DNA of 64,000 nt from Octopus bimaculoides (lineage: Eukaryota): positions 25,238,643 through 25,302,642 of the forward strand of contig NC_069000.1 of NCBI RefSeq assembly GCF_001194135.2, written 5' to 3'. Both the position numbers and the translations under genes were made by a program. Of this stretch, positions 10,947 to 23,519 are shown one piece after another. Below the pieces are notes generated by a model that was not told where the DNA came from, did no database searches, and saw only the letters and a list, made by a program, of their open reading frames with translations. Within the stretch, counting starts at the first letter, position 1; every line of letters begins with the position of its first letter.

Positions 10947-11585
10947 NNNNNNNNNNNNNNNNNNNNNNNNNNNNNNNNNNNNNNNNNNNNNNNNNNNNNN
11001 NNNNNNNNNNNNNNNNNNNNNNNNNNNNNNNNNNNNNNNNNNNNNNNNNNNNNNNNNNNNNNNNNNNNNNNNNNNNNNNNNNNNNNNNNNNNNNNNNNNN
11101 NNNNNNNNNNNNNNNNNNNNNNNNNNNNNNNNNNNNNNNNNNNNNNNNNNNNNNNNNNNNNNNNNNNNNNNNNNNNNNNNNNNNNNNNNNNNNNNNNNNN
11201 NNNNNNNNNNNNNNNNNNNNNNNNNNNNNNNNNNNNNNNNNNNNNNNNNNNNNNNNNNNNNNNNNNNNNNNNNNNNNNNNNNNNNNNNNNNNNNNNNNNN
11301 NNNNNNNNNNNNNNNNNNNNNNNNNNNNNNNNNNNNNNNNNNNNNNNNNNNNNNNNNNNNNNNNNNNNNNNNNNNNNNNNNNNNNNNNNNNNNNNNNNNN
11401 NNNNNNNNNNNNNNNNNNNNNNNNNNNNNNNNNNNNNNNNNNNNNNNNNNNNNNNNNNNNNNNNNNNNNNNNNNNNNNNNNNNNNNNNNNNNNNNNNNNN
11501 NNNNNNNNNNNNNNNNNNNNNNNNNNNNNNNNNNNNNNNNNNCTTAGCTTTCAAGTTTCGTCAGAACTTGATTTCATATGCCATC

Positions 11586-11710
<125 letters not shown>

Positions 11711-12439
11711 TAAATGCGATAAATGTTTTGAGTGGGGTAATCTAAAGTCGTGTGCGGTAAGGTGAAATTCCCTTTCACCTACCACCCAGGGGTAAATCCT
11801 AGTAATCTGAACACGATTTCAAGTTACCAGTAAGGGGTAAGGTGAAACAGAGTTAATCTGAAATGATTACACCGGCTTAAAGACGCATGTGACAAAAAAA
11901 AAAAAAATGATAAATATATAAATAAAAATTGGAAAATAAAACCAAAACCGCTTCTTCCACAAGACACCATTAACAACTTCCCAGCATGCCGTAACCAGGG
12001 TTATCTCATATCGCAGAGCTATACTGTTTGCATACCATTCAATCAAACAACACAAGCGGTCGTTTACATGTTTGTGTGTGCGCGCGCGCGAGTGTGTGTG
12101 TGTATGTATACTTCTGTGTGTGTGTGTGTGTGTGTGTGCGTGTGTGTGTGTACACATACATTCATACTCACATATATACATATATACATTTATATATAAC
12201 AGATAAAAGGGGATTAAAATCCCAGCTGGATCCTCAGTAAGTACATCTGCGAATACCGGCTATCAAAGTGTATATCTGTAGATGTTTTATGTTAAAGATT
12301 ATCTGTCTGCCTGCCTGCCTGTCTGCCGGTCTGCCTACTTTATACGCTACAAATACATTTGACATTACTCCCTTTTTTTCAAAGCCAGTATCCTTTTCTA
12401 ATTTCAATATATTTACATACATACAATGACAATAGGTGC

Positions 12440-12626
12440 AAGAGTGGCTGTATGATAAGTAGCTTGCTTACCAGCCGCATGGTTCCGGGTTCTACTATAG
12501 CCTCGGGCCGACCAAAGCCTTGTGAGTGGATTTGGAAGACGAAACTGAAAGAAGCCCGTCATGTATACACACACACACACATACACGCACACACACACAC
12601 ATACACAGACACACAAACACACACAT

Positions 12627-12708
<82 letters not shown>

Positions 12709-12905
12709 TTGTGTGTCTATGTTTGCCCTCCCCAACATCACTTGACAACCGATGCTGGTGCGTTTGCGTACCCGTAACCTAGCGGTTCGGCAAAAGACCC
12801 CGATAGAATGAGTACTACGCTTACAAAGAATAAGTCCCGGGGTCGATTTGCTCGACGACTAAAGGCGGTGCTCCAGCATGGCCGCAGTCAAAGTGACTGA
12901 AACAA
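12440..12905 (+). mobile_element. SINE family A with an internal (CA)(TA)(TG) microsatellite
   Basis: Head gagtggctgtatgataagtagcttgc...ggttccgggttc; 3' module gacaaccgatgctggtg...gtgctccagcatggccgcagtc...tgactgaaacaagtaaaa. Confidence 0.88.
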
Positions 12906-13699
12906 GTAAAAAAAATAAAAGAATAATACATACATGCATGCATACCTACCTACCTACCTACCTACCTACCTACCTACCTACCTACCTACATAAACATGAT
13001 TAGATAAAGATGTGTGTATGTATGTGTGTGTGCGTGCGTATGTTTGGCGGATTGCAGACACTTTTCCTTCAGTCATAATTAGTTGACAAATGAAACATTT
13101 TTGTTATATGTTTTAGGTTTCATTGTCATCATTTCATTTTTATCTCACACTTTCACATTGTTTGCTGTTGGTCATCGTGGTCATCGTGGTCATCGCTATC
13201 ATCGCCTTTTTTCTTCGTCGTTGTTGTTGATGTTATTGTTATTGTTAATGTCGCTTGAAATGTATAAATATTTTTTCCCAGGACCATATTTGCAGGCAGT
13301 ATTTCACATGACTATCATCAAGGTATTCCAGACTTGTATAAAATGACAGATGTCATCACGAAAGAGAAAAAAAAAAAGCATAAAAAAAGAAGGAAAACAA
13401 CGAAAATAACCATCACCATTGAAAACAATCCAAAAACAAGAACTACAAATGCATATAAATAAAAAAAAAACTAAAATAAAAGAAAAAGCAAAAAGAAAAA
13501 GAAAAGCAAAGAAAATATACAGTAAAAGCAATAATTCAGAATATTAATTACAAACATAAAATAATATATTAAAAAATAACAAAAAGGAGCAGTGACATAC
13601 TTATATACAGATAGACATATTGTAAGCGTGTTGAATGAAATGACTAAAATATGAATATAGGAGCTTAATAGCAAGGGACTTGTTATCAGATGACGTGGA

Positions 13700-14080
13700 G
13701 AGTAGTTGTTTAGCTCCAACTCAAGGTTGGCCAAGTAGAGCTATGATCAATGGTATCCTTACCCTCCCAACACGACCACTATATTTGATGTATCATTAAC
13801 TACATTGTGCCTACGATGTCCAATGTGTCCTTCCTTAATTTTTTTTGAAGATGGTAGTTTGACTAATTTGAGGGAGATTTTGGCTGTTACTCCTAGCGTG
13901 TCGAGCGACCACAGAGAGGCTCCTTTGTCTTGTTCAAATTCGCCCCATCCATTCACTAGCGTAAATGAAAGTTCTCCTTTGAGTGACGAATTGTTATTTC
14001 TAGCGGACCATGTGTCCACATAAAAACTGTGTTGTGGTGGCAAGTTTAAATGCTTTTTCCTTGTTCAGTGTTGTTAACAT
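13700..14080 (-). mobile_element. Highly decayed RLE-LINE zinc-knuckle region
   Basis: Frameshifted QFV...EW...ARSNS and ...HRRHNVVND resemble the HGQF..W..L..ETE..AAQ and RHNxV motifs. Confidence 0.45.
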
Positions 14081-14169
14081 TTCAATTAAAATCAATATCC
14101 ACGGATGTTATCTTGTATCGAACTCAAGATCCTCAAAACACTTATTGGGCAGCACAGATCAATATTGGT

Positions 14170-14372
14170 TTCTAATTTTGAAGACAAAACCAGCAGGTTT
14201 GAGGGAGGGAATAAGTGGATTATATCGCTCCAGCACGCAATTGGTACTTATTTTATCGATTCCAAAAGGATGAAAGGCAAAGTCAACCCCGGTGGAATTT
14301 GAACTCTGAACGTAAAGACAGATGAAATGCTGCGAAGCATTTTGCTCGGGTCTGCCAGCTCGCCGCCTTAGT
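14170..14372 (-). mobile_element. SINE family B
   Basis: ggtacttattttatcgattccaaaaggatgaaaggcaaagtcaaccccggtggaatttgaactc...gctcgccgcctt; many copies in this window. Confidence 0.88.
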
Positions 14373-15062
14373 ACTGATCAATATTAAATATGCTTTCTTT
14401 TTATCTTATGATAAATTTGTAAACAAAGTTTGGTGGTGGAGAAAGAATTGGTTACCTCCAATTGGCTGAAGATCTGGCTGTTGTTTCTAGCAGGTCGAGA
14501 AGCCACATAACTATTTCTTGTGCGTTGGAGATCAGATGGTATGTCAGCAATCTAGGCATATGATTAGCTAAAATTACATTAAGTAAAATACTTGTAAGGT
14601 CTTTATTATTAACTTGAAATAAATGAATGTAATTTTCGTCATCTGCAAAATAATGATGAGTTGTTCATAAATGAAGTGTTCAATGCCATCCATCTCCTTC
14701 GTGTCTAGTTTTATATCACAGTGACCTTGCCCTTGACACATCCTTTAATAAAAGCTAATGAGTGCTGCACTCTCAATGGGTTTCCAGCACGCCGGACACC
14801 AGCCCGGAATTCCCGAGGAGTAGTGCTGTTGTCTGATAGTAGTTCAACCTACACTAGGTTCTTCTGTCCTTTTGACAGGCCTTGTTTTTAGTCCTGGATT
14901 TCTAGCAACCCTCCTCAACAGGCACGCCTAGTGGTAGTGCCGGGTTAGTTAAATGGCCGACGGCCCGACCATATAACAAGTTGTACTGCCTTCCATGTCA
15001 CCGGTAGCACTTATGAGAAACCTCACAAGTGACATTACATTACACACGCACGCACACACACA

Positions 15063-15103
<41 letters not shown>

Positions 15104-15111
15104 ACACACAT

Positions 15112-15164
<53 letters not shown>

Positions 15165-15318
15165 GATATGTACATATGTAACTCAGAGTCTGAATAGCAA
15201 CTATGTTGCAAGAAACAAGAGTTAAAACCCTTAAAGCTGTATGAAGCGCGCAATATATATACACTGACAGGGGAGATAACCACCCAATGAGCGAAGCTAG
15301 GAACATTGATTAGACTAG
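15165..15318 (+). mobile_element. Helitron-like non-autonomous element, 3' part (copy A)
   Basis: Ends gagcgaagctagg...agaCTAG|T, with a GCGAAGC hairpin ~14 nt before CTAG. Confidence 0.6.
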
Positions 15319-15439
15319 TTTCATTTATCAGTTGCTGACTCGTAAGCAGTGCCTACTCTATCACTCGGACGGGTTAGCTAAATCGATCTGTCAGTATATA
15401 TTTACCATATAAATTTATTTCTGATTTAGCGAAATGCTA

Positions 15440-15589
15440 ATGTGTATACTAAAAATTAATATAAAAAGCTAGGAGCAATATAAGGCAGTAAAAGAAAAAA
15501 ATTATCGTGACTAATTGTGACTGGGTGCTGAATAGCACCTCTATTGCAAGAAATAAGAGCTAAAACCCTTAATGCTGTATGAAGCACAC

Positions 15590-15622
<33 letters not shown>
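15440..15622 (+). mobile_element. Same Helitron-like family, 5'-middle part (copy B)
   Basis: ctgaatagcacctctattgcaagaaataagagctaaaacccttaatgctgtatgaagc is shared with copies A and C. Confidence 0.6.
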
Positions 15623-15624
<2 letters not shown>

Positions 15625-15663
15625 AATAGGTACTTTTGACGAGTCTACAACTGGTAGGCGAAA

Positions 15664-16436
15664 CTAGTTTAGTCCAGTGCTCCTAGCTTCGCTCATAGGG
15701 CGGTTATCGGATCTTTTTTAAAACGGGGGCCACATTTTTCATTAACGAAACACTTTGAAACTTGGATCACTGGTAGAATGTGTCATATAAAACATCTTTT
15801 TCTCTTAGTCTTCTTAAAAAAAAAAGAAATCCATAAATTATTCCATGTTAAANNNNNNNNNNNNNNNNNNNNNNNNNNNNNNNNNNNNNNNNNNNNNNNN
15901 NNNNNNNNNNNNNNNNNNNNNNNNNNNNNNNNNNNNNNNNNNNNNNNNNNNNNNNNNNNNNNNNNNNNNNNNNNNNNNNNNNNNNNNNNNNNNNNNNNNN
16001 NNNNNNNNNNNNNNNNNNNNNNNNNNNNNNNNNNNNNNNNNNNNNNNNNNNNNNNNNNNNNNNNNNNNNNNNNNNNNNNNNNNNNNNNNNNNNNNNNNNN
16101 NNNNNNNNNNNNNNNNNNNNNNNNNNNNNNNNNNNNNNNGGTTAGGGTTAAAGCAAATTTAAAATGAAAAAAGCAAATAAAACGAAGAATCGTTTGTTTA
16201 TGTAGTCGGCACTTAATGTATATCGGCTGAATGGACGTCAGTGATTGGTTGAAATTATCGAAATAAGACAATTTTTTACATGAAATAAATTCGAATACAA
16301 AAATATTTTTCTGTTCTATAACACAAAATAGATAAGTATACGAAGTTTGAAAGTCTTTCGGTACCAAAAGCACTACGTAAAACATTAATGAAAAATGTGG
16401 CCCCCGTTTTAAAAAAGATCCCGGTTATCTCCCGTC

Positions 16437-16480
<44 letters not shown>

Positions 16481-16615
16481 GCGCTTCATACAACATTAAG
16501 AGTTTTAACTCTTATTTCTTGCAATATAGGTACTATTCAGCACCCTCAGTCACAATTAGTGACGATTAAATTTTTCCTTTATGGTCTTATATTGCGCCTA
16601 GTGTATTATATATGA
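15664..16615 (-). mobile_element. Same Helitron-like family (copy C), interrupted by a Merlin-like MITE
   Basis: Removing 15709-16421 and one TSD restores gggagataaccgccctatgagcgaagctagg...aaaCTAG|T on minus. The 5' end reads TCatatataata. Confidence 0.62.
15709..16421. mobile_element. Merlin-like MITE copy 1
   Basis: 37-bp perfect TIR GGATCTTTTTTAAAACGGGGGCCACATTTTTCATTAA; 8-bp TSD CGGTTATC (15701-15708 / 16422-16429). Contains an N gap. Confidence 0.85.
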
Positions 16616-16619
16616 AAAC

Positions 16620-16912
16620 TAGCACTCCGTCGGTTACGGCAACGAGGGTTCCACCTGATGCATTCAACGGAGCAGCCTGCTTAGGAAGTTAATGGGGAAG
16701 TGGCTTAACGTAGTTCTCAGGGATTTTCAGCGTGATACAGAATGTGACAAGGCTGGCTCTTTCAATCACAGGTACAACTCATTTTCGCCAGTTGAGTGAA
16801 CAGGAACAACATGAAATAAATTTTGTCTTGCTCAAGGACACAATGTGCTGCCGGGAATCGAACTCACAACCTTACGATCGTGAGCCGAATACCCCTATAC
16901 ACTAAAGCAATA
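16620..16912 (-). mobile_element. tRNA-derived SINE family C
   Basis: Minus head ...tgtgagttcgattcccggcagc (B box) followed by a body shared with 35673-35797. Confidence 0.8.
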
Positions 16913-17972
16913 CGTATGTGTGTGCGTGTGAGTGTGTGTGTGAGTGTGTGTGTGTGTGAGTGTGTGTATGCAAATGTGTGTGGGTGTATTCTTGTAAAGG
17001 TTTCAAGACAGATGACGAGACAGAATTCTGAAAAAGAAAAGAAAAGGAAAGCCTACGTAATTTCTCTGTTATTACTCTACCGTTACCATCGCCATCCAGA
17101 TGTGTTTCACTGCTGAGTGCAAATCGATTGTTTCACTGTGAGCTTTTAAAAATATTTTTATTATAAATATTCTGATAGACATGTCATATGTGTGTGTGTT
17201 TGCGTTTGTGTGCATGTATTTGGATGTATGCACGCGTACACACACACACACACACACACAGACACACACACGCACACACACACACACATACATACAGCCT
17301 CTCCATCTAACCACTACGTTTTGGTGCATGCATATGGTTGTCTTTAAACTATAACATCTGTAGATCTGAGTGTAATTACATGAGAGTGAGTATGTGTGCA
17401 GTTACTCCTATGCATCTGTCTGTGTGTGTTTTCTTTGCATGAATTTGTACGAGTCTGTTGTGCCTGATATTGTGGTTGTGTATTAACGAATGATATTTGT
17501 ATGTAAACGTTATATATCTTTTATTTTTTACTTGTGTCAGTCAATGCATTGCGGTCATGCTTGAAGTGATCACTCGAACAAATCGATCCTCGAAAATATT
17601 TTTACCAAACCGCTAGTTCACGGGAAAATAAACAAATCAACATCGGTTGTCAATCCGTGGTTGGGGACAAACACAAGCACAAAGGCACGCACACCCCACA
17701 CACACACATACATACATACATACATACATACATACATACATACATACATACATACATCTAAGCTACTACTATATTTGTTCCTAGTGCAAGTCAATCACTA
17801 ATAATGGTTTCAAATCTTGGCACAAGGTCAGCATTTTCGTGAGAGGGAATAAGTCGGTTATATCGATTCCGGTACTCAACTGATATTTTTTTTATCGAAC
17901 CCGGAAGAATGAAAGGCAAAGTCGACCAGGTCGGCCTTTGAACCCAGAGCGTAACGTCGGAAGAAATGCCGC

Positions 17973-18522
17973 GGATCTTTTTTAAAACGGGGGCCACATT
18001 TTTCATTAACGAAACACTTTGAAACTTGGAACACTGGTAGAATGTGTCATATAAAACATCTTTTTCTCTTAGTCTTCTTAAAAAAAAAAGAAATCCATAA
18101 ATTATTCCATGTTAAAGTTGTCGTATTTCTGTAATTTCAACCAATCACTGACGTCCATTCAGCCGATATACATTAAGTGCCGACTACATAAACAAACGAT
18201 TCTGAAACAATTAACCCTAACCCTAACCCTAACTCTAACCCGAACCCTAACCATAGGGTTAGGGTTAGGGTTAAAGCAAATTTAAAATGAAAAAAGCNNN
18301 NNNNNNNNNNNNNNNNNNNNNNNNNNNNNNNNNNNNNNNNNNNNNNNNNNNNNNNNNNNNNNNNNNNNNNNNNNNNNNNNNNNNNNNNNNNNNNNNNNNN
18401 NNNNNNNNNNNNNNNNNNATAACACAAAATAGATAAGTATACGAAGTTTGAAAGTCTTTCGGTACCAAAAACACTACGTAAAACATTAATGAAAAATGTG
18501 GCCCCCGTTTTAAAAAAGATCC
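17973..18522. mobile_element. Merlin-like MITE copy 2
   Basis: Same 37-bp TIRs; 8-bp TSD AATGCCGC (17965-17972 / 18523-18530). Confidence 0.88.
18212..18272. repeat. Head-to-head telomere-like repeats (TAACCC)n-(TAGGGT)n inside the MITE
   Basis: taaccctaaccctaaccctaactctaacccgaaccctaaccatagggttagggttagggtt. Confidence 0.92.
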
Positions 18523-19409
18523 AATGCCGCTATTCATCGAGTCCAGTGCGGTTGGTGTTGCATTTGTCTTCAGTGGTTAAAATATATCACAAACATATCT
18601 GTGCGTGCAGAAATATACACATAAAGTAATAGTGAGTGAGATGGGGAGAGATTACAGTTTATTCATTGAACACGATTGACATAAGCACCTTCTCTCTCCT
18701 CATATATATAAGAAAATATCCTCATACATGAAAGCACCCCCCCCCCACACAAACACAGAACAAGGGAGAACGAGTAACATTCTAGAACTCTTAGGTCAAA
18801 TAAGTCAGCGTCAAATTAACGACACCAAATAGTATCATCGCAGCTGATACTAATGTCAGTTACTACTACAAAATTGCTATATTAAACAAATGAATATTTA
18901 TCAATAAATTTTAATCAAAACTGTACGTATTAGGTTAATGTAATCACCTTGTATGTAATATTTATATATAATATCTATATATATTATCTATGCAATAGCT
19001 GTATGTATGCAATAACTATAGATTTTTGTCAATACTGCATGCAATACATAAATGTAAGCATATTTTTGATGCACCCTTAACTAACAAGTGATTGCATCTA
19101 TAAATATAGGTAGTATTAACTACAATCTATAGATATATACAGTAAAACTAGTTATTTATTAATTATATGTAATTTCACTTATCAGGGTTTAAAGCAATTT
19201 CTTTGTCTTCCTCGAGAAATATTAAGGTACATGTAGCATAGATTGAAAACATTCAAGAGCTTCGACAGAAACTAAGTTCGCCAGGATTGTCAGATAAAAG
19301 CCACTTGACGTTCCGAATAACTTTAATACTAGACACAGACAAACAACCAAGATTCAGAAGCCTGGCCACCACATCGTTTCGAACCGACGATCTACTAGCA
19401 ACAAATTTT

Positions 19410-19906
19410 ACCAACTTTTCCGTTCGTCATCATCACCACCACCACTGCAATCACCATCCACCCTACCACCACCGCTAAAACCACCAACCTTTACAAATTG
19501 CCGCTAAATTCCACCACCAAACATTAACGTCTGTCAATTATTACCAGCTACCACCATTATTATTCCTTATTATCATCACCACCGCTACCACTACTACCGC
19601 CACAACTACTACCACCGCCACAATCACAACCACCACTACCACCAATACCACCACGACCATCACCACCAACTCTTATCACCCCCAACCCCCACCGACCCCA
19701 TTGACATCACCATGAAAATGTCCACCCAGAACCAACACCGCCTCTAACACTACCTCTATAATAGCCACGGCTGTCATAACAGCAGTTCTGTCATAACAGC
19801 TGTATTGTTAAATGACATAGTTGTAATGATAATAATCGTATGTCACCATGAAAGATGGGAAGGATGGGTAGTGGTGAGTATGGGCTGACGATGATGATGA
19901 TGATGG

Positions 19907-19937
<31 letters not shown>

Positions 19938-19990
19938 GATGCTAAAAGTGTTGGTGATGTTGACGATGCTGGTGGTGTTGGAGAGAACTT
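19410..19990. repeat. (CAC/CCA)- and (GAT/GGT)-rich low complexity
   Basis: Direct sequence. Confidence 0.9.
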
Positions 19991-20679
19991 GGAAGGGGAA
20001 AAAGTCAATATGACAAGGGTGTAGAGTAACACGGTGATATATAAGACGGCGTAGAGTGACTGACATTCACTAAGGACATACGCATTTGGTAAAAAAAATC
20101 GGTTGACAAATTTTTGTTGATTTAAATAAATAAGTGGAGACAGATTGTATCAACGATATTCATAAATACAAATAATTAAGATAAAATAATTAAAAGCGTA
20201 TCATTTGTAGCATAAGCACAGGCCTGGTTGTCTGGTGAAGTGGTTCGTTTCCTAATGACTTCGCCCACGTCCGATCTCACTGCGGGGTACCTGTAATGTC
20301 GGTTCGACGTTTATACAGGGTGGAGGTGTTACAAGTGTTAAATATCAGAGTTGTTTCCTATGGGAAAATACCTTAGAGTAATGGGTGTGACATAATAAAA
20401 AAAAAAAGAATGAGAATGATAATAATAAGAAAAAGGTAAAATAAGAAAACACCGAAAGAAAAAAAAGGTAAACAGAAGAAAATGAAAAATGACAGATAAG
20501 AAGACGGTGATGATAATGATGACGAGGAAGGTAAAAGGCGGGAGAGGAGGAGAAGTTAGGGGATGGAAGATGCAGGGGGAAAATGGAATAAATTTTCAGA
20601 AAAAAAGAAAATAAAAGGAGAAAATTAGAGAATGGAAAGAGGTGTAAGAAGATGAAGAACAAGAGAAGAAATTCTTTTC

Positions 20680-21000
20680 TATTCTAGGTACAAGGCCCGA
20701 AATTTTGGGGGAGGGGGGGCCAGTCGATTAAATCGAACCCAGTACGCAACTGGTGCTAACGTTTCTTATTTCTTTATTGCCCACAGGGGACTAAACATAG
20801 GGGTGGGGGAAACAAGGGCAGACAAAGGGATTAAGTCGATTACACGACCCCAGTGCGTAACTTGTACTTAATTTATCGATTCCGAAAGGATGAAAGACAA
20901 AGTCGACCTCGGCGCAATTTGAACTCAGAACGTAACGGCAGGCGAAATACTGCTAAGCATTTCGCCCGGAGGGGTAACGTTTCTGCCAGCTCACCGCCTT
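20680..21000 (-). mobile_element. SINE family B with a duplicated 3' module
   Basis: Ends ...gtttctgccagctcaccgcctt; the gtcgatta...cccagt(a/g)cg(c/t)aact module occurs twice. Confidence 0.85.
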
Positions 21001-23519
21001 GAAAAAGAGAAGAAATTAGAAGGAAAATTATGCTGAAGAAAACTTCTAGAAGAAAGGTGAAGGAGGAGATGAAGACGAAATGACGTGGAGTAAGAAGAGA
21101 AGGAAAACGATGAGGGATACAGAAATATTCTAACAGCAAAAATTGGTAAAACTACAAAAATAAAAAAATAAAAATAAAACAGTCCCATCCCCTAGAAAAA
21201 CATTAATAAAAGTTCTTCAACAAAAGAAAAAAAGTAATAATAACCTCATTAACGTAAAGTGCCTCAACAAAATCAAGAACAAATCATAAGAGAAAATAAG
21301 GAAGAAAGAAGGAACTGTTTGACCACCTTTATTGGCAATAGAAAACAAGATGAATGCTAAATCGACATGTCTTTGTCCTTTAGTTCAATGTTTATGTTAT
21401 CTCCCAGTTGAGTGAAACCACCTAATGGTTAATCATTTATATGAACTAGACAAATGACTGTTTATGATATTTTGTTTTTAAATTGCGATCGTTATTAAGT
21501 TGTGAGAAACGCTGAACGTGGGGTAGATATAAAGTACATTCAACTTCGTAGCTTTGAGTTCGGTTCACTTACAATACAGAATCTGAGGGCAAGTGTCTTC
21601 TATCGTCATTTCAGCTTGAGTAAAATATTGTAGACAAAAGCCTGCCTCATATACCCCAATTACTTCTTCTAAATGTCCCTCAAACCCGATATTTTTCTAT
21701 TTATATGTTGTAACGTTTTCCATTTATCTTCATTATTTATTTGATTAAGGTGGCGACTTTGCCTTTCATCATTTCGGGATCGTGGGGTTTGATGAAATCA
21801 ATTATTCTTTTCCTCTATTTTATCGATTATTCTTTCCTCTATTTTGTTGGCCTTGTGTCAACATTTAAAACAAAAGGTGGCAAACTGATAGAATCGTTAG
21901 CACGGTTAAAATGTTTTACATTTCTTCTGACTCTACGTTCTGCGTCCTCTATATCAAGGCTCAGTTGAGTTTCCACGAGTGCTGTGCATAGGGCTTGTTT
22001 GCATGCAACAAGGTCCCTCAGGAAAAAATTTGCTTTTGTTGTTGTGATGCAAAATGCCTCCCATATTTAGTAAAAATATTGGCGTGACGACTGTGCAGGC
22101 GTTAGGGGAGGCCATCCCTTGCCTGTTGATTGTGATGATCTTGCGCAGTGGTGGGCAAAATTTCGTGTTTGTGCTTGATGTAACCAGGCCAGCTGCTGCA
22201 CAATATTTTGCGCCATGCACAAAAAAGACTCTTGCTCAGCTTCTGCCTTGCACATGACACCTGAAGAGCGCACTGCGTTTATATACTTTTTCTTTGGAGA
22301 CGATTGGTGCCTTTCCTCAGGGAAATATTTCTCCTTAAGATCCTAGTAGTTTTGGCGATGTCTCGGGGGAACAAATTGGCAATTTGTACCGTCTTCCCCA
22401 TGCCAACATTTGCCTTGCAAACACACACACACACACACACACACANNNNNNNNNNNNNNNNNNNNNNNNNNNNNNNNNNNNNNNNNNNNNNNNNNNNNNN
22501 NNNNNNNNNNNNNNNNNNNNNNNNNNNNNNNNNNNNNNNNNNNNNNNNNNNNNNNNNNNNNNNNNNNNNNNNNNNNNNNNNNNNNNNNNNNNNNNNNNNN
22601 NNNNNNNNNNNNNNNNNNNNNNNNNNNNNNNNNNNNNNNNNNNNNNNNNNNNNNNNNNNNNNNNNNNNNNNNNNNNNNNNNNNNNNNNNNNNNNNNNNNN
22701 NNNNNNNNNNNNNNNNNNNNNNNNNNNNNNNNNNNNNNNNNNNNNNNNNNNNNNNNNNNNNNNNNNNNNNNNNNNNNNNNNNNNNNNNNNNNNNNNNNNN
22801 NNNNNNNNNNNNNNNNNNNNNNNNNNNNNNNNNNNNNNNNNNNNNNNNNNNNNNNNNNNNNNNNNNNNNNNNNNNNNNNNNNNNNNNNNNNNNNNNNNNN
22901 NNNNNNNNNNNNNNNNNNNNNNNNNNNNNNNNNNNNNNNNNNNNNNNNNNNNNNNNNNNNNNNNNNNNNNNNNNNNNNNNNNNNNNNNNNNNNNNNNNNN
23001 NNNNNNNNNNNNNNNNNNNNNNNNNNNNNNNNNNNNNNNNNNNNNNNNNNNNNNNNCGACTTAAATCAAATTAACTTGTCTCTATGCTAAACCGATAATA
23101 ACCATTCCCAGTTCTGTACTGTATTTATAAATGCATTTTCAATAATCCACGGTTAATAAGAAACCTATTTTAAGCTTACAAACAATTAATTTTTATTTTT
23201 TAATAAAGTATAGTAAAAAAAAAAAACAGTAATCTAAATTTCCGAATACAATTTGGCGGTGTTTACCGTACATCGCGGACGCTTTATTTATGAATGCGGT
23301 TTGCAATAAGACATAGTAAACTAAAAGCCTTTTTTTTAAGCTTAAAAAACAAATTCAATTATTATTATTATTTTTTTATTATATTTACCAATATGTACAT
23401 ACAATTTGGTGGTTTACATTGCAAATGTAGACGGCTGTGGGTCATAAACATCAACAGCTGACTCTGGTTGTTCCTGTTGTTCAATGCGTTCACTAAGCTG
23501 CACTACTTTATGGTGAGAA

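Larger units (their letters stand above)
17800..18545 (-). mobile_element. SINE family B interrupted by MITE copy 2
   Basis: gaaaggcaaagtcgacc...gaagaaatgccgc | tattc flanks the MITE. Confidence 0.75.

Noticed and set aside
18212-18272. True chromosome end-to-end fusion site
   Set aside because: It lies inside a TIR/TSD-bounded element, with part of the same core in a second copy.
23160-23420. Degenerate ~170-bp tandem duplication
   Set aside because: AT-rich and low in information; no functional signature.
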